DNA from: Eubacteriales bacterium
GTDB lineage: Bacteria; Bacillota; Clostridia; Oscillospirales; UBA644
Direction: 5' to 3'
Assembly: GCA_045603745.1 (NCBI GenBank)
Contig: JAZUMQ010000037.1
Span: 66,224 to 130,223, forward strand
Length of the DNA: 64,000 nucleotides
Part shown: one piece after another, positions 16,261-25,700 of the stretch
Numbering within the stretch: position 1 is the stretch's first letter
Layout: each line of letters opens with the position of its first letter
Translations under genes and position numbers: made by a program
Notes under the pieces: generated by a model
Databases searched by the model: none
What the model saw: only the letters and a program-made list of their open reading frames with translations
Told to the model about the DNA's origin: nothing

Positions 16261-16654
16261 GTAAAATTCTTCCGTATTCGAGCATTATTTCCTCTCGGTT
16301 TATATACTTTTTACCATAAATCTCTTCCCAATGGGAAAGTTTTTATTGATTTTTCAAGCCATTTTGAGGCAATTGTTATGCAAGCATAACACCAACAACA
16401 CAATATATAGTAAATTCAATTCTTTCAAAATTTAAATTTGTCAACATATTGCGTTTCCCAAATATTTAAAAAAATGGCAAATGTGCAATTTGCACAAATT
16501 TTTCCCTCAAAAAATAGATTCAAAAAAACGATACAAAGGTTTCAAATTTAGTTAACAATCTACTTATTTCTTGAATTTTTCCCGAACTTTTAAAGTACAA
16601 AAAAAACACACAAAACAATTCCCTAAACCCCGCCTGCTTCAAATTGGAATCCCT

Positions 16655-16704
16655 CAAAAAAACAACGCATAAAAACGTTTTGATGTACGTCTTTGTGCGT
16701 TGTT
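16655..16704 (-). terminator. intrinsic terminator downstream of srtB
   Basis: Minus strand: AACAACGCA ... TGCGTTGTT (9-bp stem, large loop containing AAAACGTTTT), followed by TTTTTTTGAGGG. Confidence 0.5.
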
Positions 16705-16772
16705 CGATTAGATTCTGTCAGGTTATTTCGGCCACTGTTTCACACGTTCCACAATGAGATCGACAGTCTCTT

Positions 16773-17828
16773 TTAAGAATTGGAGACCGAACCGTTTCCG
16801 TCGGTAGTTTCCGCACCGGAATCGTCGGAAGAAGTTCCATTGGAAGCTTGAATCCCGGGGAGCGTGGAATCCGTATCCGAGACCGAAGGTACTTTATTGG
16901 CGGGACCGGGACCGAGGACGTATTCGTGCTTCACCAAAACGGCGTGCATAGCGATACGCACGTCGCTGTTACTTCCCTTACAGGTAGACAAAGTCAAAAT
17001 GCGATCATTGGGAGTAAACTGAAAGGATTCAAAGGCAGAAATGGTATTCTTGGACTGAAGGGTATTCAAAAACGTCACGTAATCCGCATCATTGGAAAAA
17101 TACGTACTGATATAATTGAACGCCGTAGTGGTTTCATACCAAGCAAATACCTGCCACACGGTACGCTCCGTGGGGGTGTTGATATAAATGAAGTGGTTGT
17201 TTCCGTCCTGTTGCCATTTGGTTTTGGAATTCAGATACCGCAATCCACCGAACATCAGATAACTGCGGGCGTGACCGTAGATGATCACGTTTCTATTGGA
17301 AAGAATATTGTTCATATTGCAACGATAATCTACATAGATCCAACCGTTACTGTTGTTGCTCTTATCAAAAGATCGGGAGAGATAGAACTCGTTGTTCGTA
17401 CTCTGCACCACCGCCCGATTAAAGGGCAATCCCTTTACGTCGGTGGTGGTAGGCCAATACAACCACGCTACAGTATCTTCGTTTTGCTCTTTCAGAGAAT
17501 CAAACCCAACGGTCTGCAAAAAGGGAAGGGTTTCGGGGTCAATATTTTCAGGCGCAATCTGTTGCCATGACGCAACCGGCGTATTTGGAGAAATCACCGT
17601 TCCGTCATCGTCTTCGTCGGAGGGTTCAAAAACGTCTCCCCCCATATGCTCTACCTCCGATTGCCCGGCAAGATCCAACAAGGATTGCTCGAACACGCCG
17701 AGAAGGCTGAAAGAAAAGACGAAAGCACAGACGGCAAGAAGCACCAAAGACAAGGGAGAATATTTAACATACCCCTTGTTCTTCGGCTTTTGCATTTCTT
17801 CTATTTCAGGTTGTTTTTTTTGCGTCAT
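16773..17828 (-). CDS. srtB: class B sortase (unusually long, 351 aa)
   Basis: N-terminal TM. DTVAWLYWP ... AVVQSTNNEFYLSRSFD, NVIIYGH, catalytic TLSTC, and an Arg near RIAMH. Extra acidic N-terminal linker and a Ser/Asp/Gly-rich C-terminal tail. Confidence 0.8.
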   Translation of the reverse strand: MTQKKQPEIEEMQKPKNKGYVKYSPLSLVLLAVCAFVFSFSLLGVFEQSLLDLAGQSEVEHMGGDVFEPSDEDDDGTVISPNTPVASWQQIAPENIDPETLPFLQTVGFDSLKEQNEDTVAWLYWPTTTDVKGLPFNRAVVQSTNNEFYLSRSFDKSNNSNGWIYVDYRCNMNNILSNRNVIIYGHARSYLMFGGLRYLNSKTKWQQDGNNHFIYINTPTERTVWQVFAWYETTTAFNYISTYFSNDADYVTFLNTLQSKNTISAFESFQFTPNDRILTLSTCKGSNSDVRIAMHAVLVKHEYVLGPGPANKVPSVSDTDSTLPGIQASNGTSSDDSGAETTDGNGSVSNS

Positions 17829-17864
17829 GAACTCCCTCCTTCGGGATTGGAGAACGGCTAAAAA

Positions 17865-18833
17865 TCACAGTTGAGACAGTTTTTCGGGAGCCTTGACCGC
17901 AAGGATCTTGCGACAGACGTTTTCTGCGGTAAATCCGTATTTTTCCATCAATTGGGCGGGGGTTCCGGACTTACCGAAAGAATCTTCCACACCGATACGG
18001 ATCACGGAAGGACCGCTAGTGGCAACGTTACAATCACACACCGCTTCACATACGGCAGAACCGAATCCGCCGTTGATGTTGTGATCTTCAAAAGTCACGA
18101 TCAAACCGGTATCTTTCAAGGCATCTTCAATGGCTTGACGGTCTACGGGTTTGACCGAAGGCATATCTACGATACGGCAAGTCAAACCGAATTTTTTCAG
18201 CATTTCTTTCACTTGCGCCGTCAATTCGTGGAAGTGTCCGCAGAACATCAGCGTCACGTCGTCCCCTTCCGCAATACGGTAGGATTGACCGGCAGTATAG
18301 GTAATACTTCCTTCCTTGTAAACCATGGGAACTGCCAAACGTCCACCCCGGATATAGACCGGTCCGTCGTGTTCGATGGCAAAGCGAAGCGCCGCTTTCA
18401 TCTGAACGGCATCGGAAGGATTGATAACCACCATGCCGGGGATCGAACGCATCAGCGCCAGATCTTCCAAACACTGATGGGTCGCACCGTCTTCCCCAAC
18501 GGTCAGCCCGGAATGGGTACCGACGACCTTTACGTTCAGGTGAGGATAGGCAACGCCGTTACGAATCTGCTCGAAAGCACGTCCGGCGGCAAACATAGAG
18601 AACGAAGAAGCAAAAACGGTATTTCCGCAGGAGGCAAGCCCGGCGGCGACTCCGATCATATTGGCTTCGGCAATGCCGCAATCAATAAAACGATCGGGAT
18701 ATTTTTTCTTGAAGGTGATGGTCTTGGTAGCTTTCGCCAAATCCGCGTCCAGAACGTAAAAATCAGGATACTGCTCTGCCAGTTCCACAAGTCCTTCGCC
18801 GTAGGCATCACGGGTCGCTTTCAAATCAGCCAT
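17865..18833 (-). CDS. transketolase, C-terminal (pyrimidine-binding) subunit
   Basis: 322 aa. Strong family pattern (FIDCGIAEANMIGVAAGLA ... GATHQCLEDLALMR). Confidence 0.9.
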   Translation of the reverse strand: MADLKATRDAYGEGLVELAEQYPDFYVLDADLAKATKTITFKKKYPDRFIDCGIAEANMIGVAAGLASCGNTVFASSFSMFAAGRAFEQIRNGVAYPHLNVKVVGTHSGLTVGEDGATHQCLEDLALMRSIPGMVVINPSDAVQMKAALRFAIEHDGPVYIRGGRLAVPMVYKEGSITYTAGQSYRIAEGDDVTLMFCGHFHELTAQVKEMLKKFGLTCRIVDMPSVKPVDRQAIEDALKDTGLIVTFEDHNINGGFGSAVCEAVCDCNVATSGPSVIRIGVEDSFGKSGTPAQLMEKYGFTAENVCRKILAVKAPEKLSQL

Positions 18834-19635
18834 GTTGTTCCAACTCCTTCATCGCAATTTCATATTCTTCCTGCTTGGGGGCAGCTCCGTGCCAATCACA
18901 GGCATCTTCCATATACGAAACGCCTTTTCCTTTGACGGTATGTGCCACGACACAGGTGGGTCTTCCCTTGGTTTCCCGAGCTTTTTTCAATGCGGCACGA
19001 ATCTCGTCATAGTTGTGTCCGTCGATCTCGATGACCTCCAGACCGAAGGCGCGCATTTTATCGGGAACCGGATCAGATCCCATAACTTCGCTGGTTCTGC
19101 CGTCGATCTGAAGTCCGTTCAGATCCACGAAGACACAGAGATTGTCCAATTTATAGTGGGCGGAAAACATCATCGCTTCCCACACCTGACCTTCTTCGAT
19201 CTCCCCATCGCCCAAAACGGCGTAGACCCGGAAATCTTTTCCGGTCAGCTTAGAGGATAAAGCCATACCGCAAGCAGCGGAAATTCCTTGACCGAGAGAG
19301 CCGGAAGAAATATCCACGCCGGGGGTGGATTTCATGCTGGGGTGTCCCTCCAGATGACTGTCGATCTTGCGCAGTGTCACCATATCTTCCTTGGAAAAAT
19401 ATCCCTTTACCGCCAGAGCGGCGTACAGAGCCGGGGCGGCGTGTCCTTTGGATAAAACAAACCGATCCCGATCCGGATTCTTCGGGTTTTCAGGGGTCAC
19501 GTTCATCTCCTCGTTATAAAGCACCGCGAGAATATCGGTGCAGGACAACGATCCGCCGGGGTGACCGCTTTTTGCGTGATAGAGAGACGTCAAGATCAAC
19601 TTGCGCATCTCCAAAGCCATGCTTTCGGTGTTCAT
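18826..19635 (-). CDS. transketolase, N-terminal (TPP-binding) subunit
   Basis: The track ORF extends to 19980. ATG 19633-19635 has AAGGAGA SD, and the conserved N-terminus starts there (MNTESMALEMRKLILTSLYHAKSGHPGG). GDGEIEEG motif present. Confidence 0.9.
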   Translation of the reverse strand: MNTESMALEMRKLILTSLYHAKSGHPGGSLSCTDILAVLYNEEMNVTPENPKNPDRDRFVLSKGHAAPALYAALAVKGYFSKEDMVTLRKIDSHLEGHPSMKSTPGVDISSGSLGQGISAACGMALSSKLTGKDFRVYAVLGDGEIEEGQVWEAMMFSAHYKLDNLCVFVDLNGLQIDGRTSEVMGSDPVPDKMRAFGLEVIEIDGHNYDEIRAALKKARETKGRPTCVVAHTVKGKGVSYMEDACDWHGAAPKQEEYEIAMKELEQHG

Positions 19636-19690
19636 GCTTCTGTTCTCCTTATCTCTTCCCCGACCGTGCGAGGACAACATTCTATGATAT

Positions 19691-19719
19691 AGTATAACAT
19701 AAAAAAGGAGAGATTGCAA
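19691..19719 (-). promoter_or_regulatory. sigmaA promoter of the tkt-srtB unit
   Basis: Minus strand: TTGCAA (19714-19719), 17-nt spacer, TGtTATACT (-10 at 19691-19696). Confidence 0.6.
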
Positions 19720-19771
19720 GGGGGTGAAAAAAGATTCCGCAATTTTGCCCATCTTTTTTTCCAAATACATC

Positions 19772-19800
19772 TTGCAATCCCCACAAAAATGTGGTATACT
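19772..19800 (+). promoter_or_regulatory. sigmaA promoter of the carboxypeptidase gene
   Basis: TTGCAA (19772-19777), 17-nt spacer, TGgTATACT (-10 at 19795-19800). Confidence 0.6.
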
Positions 19801-19843
19801 GAAACAAACACAACGACAAAAACCCATTTTTGAAAGGAATCCC

Positions 19844-20890
19844 ATGAGACGGAAAAAGAAAACTTCAGGGCTATCTCGCTTTCTTCTCTTGCTGATTTTA
19901 TTCCTTGCCGTCGTCGGCGTCGTGGTTCTGATGGCGAAATCCTTCGCCCCACAATCGCCTTCCGGAGACGAACCCTCCAATACGAATACGAATACGGCGG
20001 GAATTTCAACCGATCAGGGCGGACAGATGGCAGATTCCGAGCTGCAAGCCCTCAAAAGGCTGGCGGCGTCAACCTATGCAGACAAAACCTTTTCCGCCAG
20101 ACATATCGCGGTTTACGACATGACCGCCGGGATCATGCTCTACGAAAAGGACGCCCAAGCCAAGATCACCGCCGCTTCCACCGTAAAACTGCTTACGGCG
20201 TTGACGATGTTGGAATACGTGGGAAGCAACACGGAATTCACGGTGGGCAGTGAACTTTCTTTGGTCGGAGCGGGATCGTCTTCCGCAGATCTGGTCAAAG
20301 GACAAAAACTGACGGTAGAACAGATTCTGGACGCCCTTCTGATCCCCTCCGGCAACGACGCATCCTATGTTATCGCCGCCCACGTGGGCAGAAATCTTTC
20401 GGGAGATCCCCAGATTACTGATCGGGACGCCGTAGACGTATTTTTGGAGAAAATGAACGACAAGGCAAAATCCTTAGGCGTAAAAAATTCACTCTTTACC
20501 TGTCCTGACGGATACCCGGACAAGAAACAATACACCACCGCAGAAGATATGATGAAAATTGCCGTTGCGGCGGCAAAAAATGAAACAATTCGCAAAACTG
20601 TTGAAAAGACTTATTCCGAAATCATCTTCCCCGACGGAAGCGTCGTGGGATACGTCAATACCAATCAGTTAATGGTACCCTCTTCCTCGTATTACTATGA
20701 AGGAACGTTCGGCATGAAGACCGGCTCTACCCCCGGGGCGGGGCTGTGTCTGATCTCCGGTGCAACCGCCTACGGACACGATTTGATCGTGGCCCTGTTC
20801 AAAGCTCCGGACAACGCCGCCCGATACAATGATTCCCGTAACGCCTTCGACGCGGGATTTGAAGCGATCAAAAAAACACAGGAACAATAA
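19844..20890 (+). CDS. D-alanyl-D-alanine carboxypeptidase (peptidase S11, low-MW PBP)
   Basis: The track starts at 19724. I prefer ATG 19844 (GAAAGGA SD, then signal/anchor MRRKKKTSGLSRFLLLLILFLAVV). SxxK (ASTVK), SxN (PSGND) and KTG (MKTGST) motifs present. Confidence 0.85.
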   Translation: MRRKKKTSGLSRFLLLLILFLAVVGVVVLMAKSFAPQSPSGDEPSNTNTNTAGISTDQGGQMADSELQALKRLAASTYADKTFSARHIAVYDMTAGIMLYEKDAQAKITAASTVKLLTALTMLEYVGSNTEFTVGSELSLVGAGSSSADLVKGQKLTVEQILDALLIPSGNDASYVIAAHVGRNLSGDPQITDRDAVDVFLEKMNDKAKSLGVKNSLFTCPDGYPDKKQYTTAEDMMKIAVAAAKNETIRKTVEKTYSEIIFPDGSVVGYVNTNQLMVPSSSYYYEGTFGMKTGSTPGAGLCLISGATAYGHDLIVALFKAPDNAARYNDSRNAFDAGFEAIKKTQEQ

Positions 20891-20896
20891 AAGGAA

Positions 20897-21442
20897 ATGA
20901 AAACGATGAAGAACGAACGGGTGAAACGTCTGGTCCTCGCGGCAATGTTTCTTGCCATCGGATTGATTCTCCCCTTTTTCACCGGGCAGATCAAAGAAAT
21001 CGGAAATATGCTGTTACCTATGCACCTTCCGGTAATGTTGTGCGGACTTGTCTGCGGCTGGAATTACGGTGGGATTGTAGGGTTCCTTCTTCCTCTGTTG
21101 CGATCGGTCGTTTTCGGAATGCCTCAGATCTACCCCAACGCCGTTGCCATGGCATTTGAACTCTGTGCCTATGGATTTTTGATCGGCATTTTTTATCAAA
21201 TTTTTAAGAGGAAAAATATTCTTTCGGTCTACGGAAGTCTGCTTCTTTCCATGCTGGGCGGTCGCCTGATTTGGGGGCTTGCCCAAACGATTTTATTGGG
21301 GCTCTCCGGAAAAGGATTTTCCTTGACGGTGTTCTGGGTCAGCGGATTTGCAAAAGCCCTTCCCGGAATCGTTTTGCAGTTGATCTTAATTCCCTCACTG
21401 ATGCTTCTGATTCAAAAATTAACGATAAAAAAGAAAAAATAA
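20897..21442 (+). CDS. ECF transporter S component (substrate unknown)
   Basis: 181 aa, about 6 TM. The LLPMHLPVMLCGLVCG motif is typical of the ECF_trnsprt family. No riboswitch space upstream (6-nt gap). Confidence 0.65.
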   Translation: MKTMKNERVKRLVLAAMFLAIGLILPFFTGQIKEIGNMLLPMHLPVMLCGLVCGWNYGGIVGFLLPLLRSVVFGMPQIYPNAVAMAFELCAYGFLIGIFYQIFKRKNILSVYGSLLLSMLGGRLIWGLAQTILLGLSGKGFSLTVFWVSGFAKALPGIVLQLILIPSLMLLIQKLTIKKKK

Positions 21443-21455
21443 TATCGAAAACAGA

Positions 21456-21491
21456 CAAAAAAGCGCTGACCTTTTCGGTCGGCGCTTTTTC
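21456..21491. terminator. bidirectional intrinsic terminator
   Basis: AGCGCTGACC-ttttc-GGTCGGCGCT, flanked by an A-run and a T-run. Sits between convergent genes. Confidence 0.65.
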
Positions 21492-21509
21492 ATCATTTAA
21501 ACAAATTAA

Positions 21510-22202
21510 TCATTCAATCCCCAAGGCGTCTTTTGCAAGGCGGTCTGCCATTTCATTGTACTTGACGCCGGTGTGAGCGGCAATCTTTTCAAAGGTAACG
21601 GAGAGAACGCTCCGATAGGCTTCCGTTGCGGCCACGTACTCCTTTGCTACGAAAGACGAGGCTTTCCATTCTCCCTTGAACCAAGCGGCAATGCCGTTAT
21701 AATCATGGCAGATCCGGACGTTTTTGTACCCCATTTCTTCCGCCCGCTTCAGGGCGGTCAACGTAGCGCGCAGTTCCCCCGCAACGTTTCGGGCGGTCAC
21801 GGCCTCCGGGTGGTTTCCCCAACCGTTTTCGCAAATTTCCCGGCCGTCGTCGGTTAAAAGCACGCACCCAAAACCGTAGCGCATGGTTTTCGCATCGTAA
21901 CTGCCGTCCACAAAGGCAACCAATGTCCCTTTCGGAACTTCATATCTCTCATCGTCGACGGTTTCGTCAGACTTCATCTTTTTCTCCCGAGCCAATTCGG
22001 GCAGAAGAAAACGCTCTCCGTCTGGCAAAACCGCTACGGGTCCACCGTCGGCGTTCAAGAATTCTTCCGCCTGCTCCCGCGTAGGAAAGGATTTGTATTT
22101 CGCACCTTTGATTCCAAAAATCAGCGGCTCACATTCCGCCCAAGTACGGTAGATTCCGGGAGCGACTCCCACCCGGACGGCATAAAACTTCGCTCCTGCC
22201 AT
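21510..22202 (-). CDS. RNase H1 with N-terminal hybrid-binding (viroplasmin-like) domain
   Basis: 230 aa. KFYAVRVGVAPGIYRTWAECEPLIFGIKGAKYKSF is the HBD. RNase H core follows: FVDGSYD ... GAAWF-like ... NEMADRLAK. Confidence 0.8.
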   Translation of the reverse strand: MAGAKFYAVRVGVAPGIYRTWAECEPLIFGIKGAKYKSFPTREQAEEFLNADGGPVAVLPDGERFLLPELAREKKMKSDETVDDERYEVPKGTLVAFVDGSYDAKTMRYGFGCVLLTDDGREICENGWGNHPEAVTARNVAGELRATLTALKRAEEMGYKNVRICHDYNGIAAWFKGEWKASSFVAKEYVAATEAYRSVLSVTFEKIAAHTGVKYNEMADRLAKDALGIE

Positions 22203-22351
22203 AAATTCTCCTTAAAAAAAGGCCTTGCAAAGAAAAGCGCTTTGCAAAACCTCCAAACCTTTTTTCATTTCTACCGAAAAACAAGACAGCACAGCGGACG
22301 GAATATTCCGCACGTCTGTGCCGTTATGCTCTGTTTCGGTTGTTCACTTAA

Positions 22352-22540
22352 TCAGACCGCTCTCTGGACCTTACCGGAACGCAGGCAGGCAGTGCAAGCG
22401 TAAACGTGCTTCGTCTGACCGTTAACGACAGCCTTGACACGTCTGACATTGGGTTTCCAAGTGCGGTTGGAACGTCTGTGGGAGTGAGAAACCTTGATGC
22501 CGAAAGCGACATCCTTGCCACAGTAATCACATTTTGCCAT
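22352..22540 (-). CDS. rpmB: 50S ribosomal protein L28
   Basis: 62 aa from ATG 22538-22540 (GGAGG SD). MAKCDYCGKDVAFGIKVSHSHRRSNRTWKPNV. Confidence 0.95.
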   Translation of the reverse strand: MAKCDYCGKDVAFGIKVSHSHRRSNRTWKPNVRRVKAVVNGQTKHVYACTACLRSGKVQRAV

Positions 22541-22665
22541 TCTTTCCACCTCCAAGCGTGTGTTTGTTCATTCAGCACGCATTATTATAGCAAAAAAAAC
22601 GGCGGATTGCAATACACTTAACAAAAAATTCATAAATTTGTCGGAAGCTGCCCGGGGCAAGGGGG

Positions 22666-22694
22666 TTGAAAAAGGCGTGAAAATATGTTATTAT
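22666..22694 (+). promoter_or_regulatory. sigmaA promoter upstream of smc
   Basis: TTGAAA (22666-22671), 17-nt spacer, TGtTATTAT (-10 at 22689-22694). Confidence 0.5.
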
Positions 22695-22730
22695 ATTTAA
22701 GTATAATTTATTTAAAAAGAGGGAACTATT

Positions 22731-25700
22731 TTGCCGAACGAAACCATTGCCGGAACCGTCCTTCCCGAAAACCGTCTGCGTCGCTTGGAATTGCAGGGGT
22801 TTAAATCCTTTCCGGACAAAACCGTCATCGAATTCCGCGAAGGAATCACCGCCATCGTAGGACCCAACGGAAGCGGAAAGAGTAATATTGCCGACGCCTT
22901 GCGTTGGGTTTTGGGAGAAACCTCTACGAAAACCCTGCGGGGCGCGAAAATGGAAGACGTTATCTTTAACGGAACGAAAGAACGCAAACCCATGGGATAT
23001 GCGGAAGTTTCCATCGTGTTGGATAACGCCGACCACATGTTTGACATTGACTATACCGAAATCGTCGTTACCCGCCGCTTTTATCGGTCGGGGGACAGTG
23101 AATATCTGCTCAATCGAGCCCCGGTACGTCTGCGGGATATTCGGGAATTGTTTCGAGACACAGGGCTTGGCAGAGACGGATATTCGGTCATCGGTCAGGG
23201 CATGATCACCGAAATTATCAAGGCAAAGCCCGCCGATCGCCGTTTTTTGTTTGAAGAAGCCGCCGGCATCGCCGGTCTGAAATTCAAAAAAGAAGAAAGC
23301 GCCCGGAAATTGCACCAAGCAGAAGAAAACCTCGTCCGGGTGGGAGACATCATAACCGAACTTGCCGACCGTCTCCCCTCTTTGGAACACAAGTCCAAGA
23401 ACGCCCGCAAATTTTTAGATTACAGTGCCGAAAAGAAAGATCTGGAACTGTTTGTGTGGCAAAAACAGTCGGAAAAATACGCGGAAGATCTGGGCAAAGC
23501 AGTAGAAGTCAAAAAGACCTTTGACGACCAACTGGAAGCTTCCTCCGAATATTTCGCCCGGGCGGAAGAAAAGGAAGAAGAACAAAATCAAAAGATCCGT
23601 CAACTGAGCGAGGCAATGGACGAAGAACATCGCCTCAAATCCGAGACCGAAGCGCAAGCCGCCGGGGCGGACGCGGAAATTTTGGTTTTGCAAAACGACC
23701 TTGCCCACTTGAAGGAAGAAGACGAACGTTTGCGTCGGGAAGACGAACAATCCGACGCCATGAAAGCCGTCCTTACGGAAGAAAAGAACCGTACTCTTGC
23801 CGCAATTACCACCGGAGAAGAAATCGTCCGGGGGCTGGAGGCAAAGATTACTGAAGTTGCCGCCCGGAGAGATTCCTCGAAAAAGACCGAAGAAGATTTC
23901 GGAACCCAAGCGGGGAAACGCGCAGAAGAAACCGCCCAAAAGGTCGCAGAGCTGACGGCATTGCGAATCCGAAAAGCCTCGGCAGAGCAGTCTCTGTCCG
24001 ACGTCAAGGCAAAATTGGACGATCTTGCACTGGACGAGCAGGATTCCGAAGAAAAACTGGCGTCTTTGAAAAAGGCACAAAAAGAATCCAAAAATGAAGT
24101 GGACAAATTTTCGTCCATCATCAACGACAACAAAAACCGTCTGGAAGGCTATCGTCTTCGTTTTGAGAATCGAAAAAACCAGATGGAGAAAAAAGATGCG
24201 ATGCTACAGGAATTGCGCATTGCTCTTTCCAAAAAGCAAAGCCGTCTGCAATTGCTTTCCGACATGGAAAAGCATTTTGAAGGCTTTAATTTCGCCGTCC
24301 GTACCGTCATGCAGGAATCTCAGCGAGGAATTCTGAAAGGCGAAATGGCAACGGTGGCATCGGTCATTACCGTAGACCCCAAATACGCCGCTGCGGTGGA
24401 AATTGCCCTGGGCGCCGCCATTCAAAACATCATCACCGACGACGAACAATGCGCAAAAGCCGCCATGATGATGCTGAAAAACAAAAACGCCGGACGCGCC
24501 ACCTTCCTGCCCCGCACCACCATCAAAGGCAACCGCCTGACGGTGAAAGGATTGGAAGAGGAAGAAGGATACGTTGGTTTAGGGTGCGACCTGATCGACT
24601 ACGATAAAAAATACGATTCGGTCATGGCATTCTTATTGGGGCGCACCGCCATTGCGGAAGATATTGACTCTGCCCTTGCAATCTCCAAACGCCACGACCG
24701 AACCTTCCGCATCGTGACGCTGGACGGTCAAGTCGTCAACGCCGGCGGATCACTGACCGGGGGTAGCTTATCTAAGAACACCGGGATTCTGACCCGTCGC
24801 AATGAAATCGAGACCCTAACCGAAGAACTTGCAAAACAAGAAGAAAGCCTGAAGACCGCCGAAGGAGAATGGAAGGCACTGAAGGACGAAGTTACCGATG
24901 GAGAACGACTCATCGGAGAGATCAACGCCCAATCGGAAGCCGCCCAACAAAACCGCATCAAGGCGCAGGCAGAATACGATAATTACGCTTCCTACATTGC
25001 AGACGTCAATCGGGCAAAAGAAGAACGGAATTTGCAAAGGGAAGGATTGCATTTGCGTCAACAAGAGCTTTTGACCCAAATGGCAGACTTTGACAAACAA
25101 ACGGAGGAACTGGCGACCGCAATTGCCGCCGGAGAATCCTCGGCAAAAGCCGCGGAAGAAAAACTGGCGCAATTGAAACTGGAGCAGGAAGCCATTGCAG
25201 AAGAACTCCATCAAATTCAATTGGAGATTCTGTCCGAGCAAAAAACCATCGAACAAAACAAAACCACCGTGGCGTCCTTGGAGCAGCGGATTTTGGATTG
25301 CGGACGAAGTGGGGACGAAACCCGACTTCAACAGGAAGAAAATCGCCGTAAGACCGACGAGACCAACGCCGCCATTACCGCCGCGGAAGAAAATAAAAAT
25401 GCCCTGCTCAAGGCGGTTTCGGATTTAGCCGATAAGATCCGAACTCTTGCCGACGAGCGCAGTAAGGTCGAAGCGGAACAAATCCGTATGCGGTCCGAAC
25501 AAAAAGAGATCTACGATACCAGAGAACGGTTGACCCGGGAATCGGAACGAACTCAGGCAAGGATCGACCAATTGACCGAAGCAAACAACGCCATTCTTGC
25601 CCGGTTCTGGGACGAATACGAACTGACCCTGACCGAAGTTATCGCCATGAATCTGTCCTTTGACCTACCCACGGCACGAAAACGCGCCGGAGAATTGAAA

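Noticed and set aside
16003-16389. 128-aa plus-strand ORF across the operon promoter region
   Set aside because: It is antisense to the SBP N-terminus, SD and promoter. It has no SD and lies in an AT-rich region.
16321-16430. 34-codon plus-strand ORF (MGKFLLIFQAILRQ...) and a 13-codon minus-strand ORF in the 16.3-kb spacer
   Set aside because: The former has no SD. The latter overlaps the operon promoter, upstream of the predicted transcription start. Both are consistent with chance ORFs in AT-rich DNA.
17871-18935. 354-aa antisense ORF over transketolase, and similar ORFs at 22572-23390, 29078-30856, 34879-35877, 38782-39954, 40701-41792, 48429-49553, 54866-56038 and 60991-63021
   Set aside because: All overlap genes with strong family signatures. 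Those whose phase I checked (17871, 38782, 48429, 54866) are in the sense codon phase. None has SD or promoter support.
19636-19980. 115-codon N-terminal extension of the transketolase N-subunit ORF
   Set aside because: The extension contains the gene's own promoter (19691-19719). It has no family similarity. A canonical SD+ATG at 19635 starts the conserved sequence.
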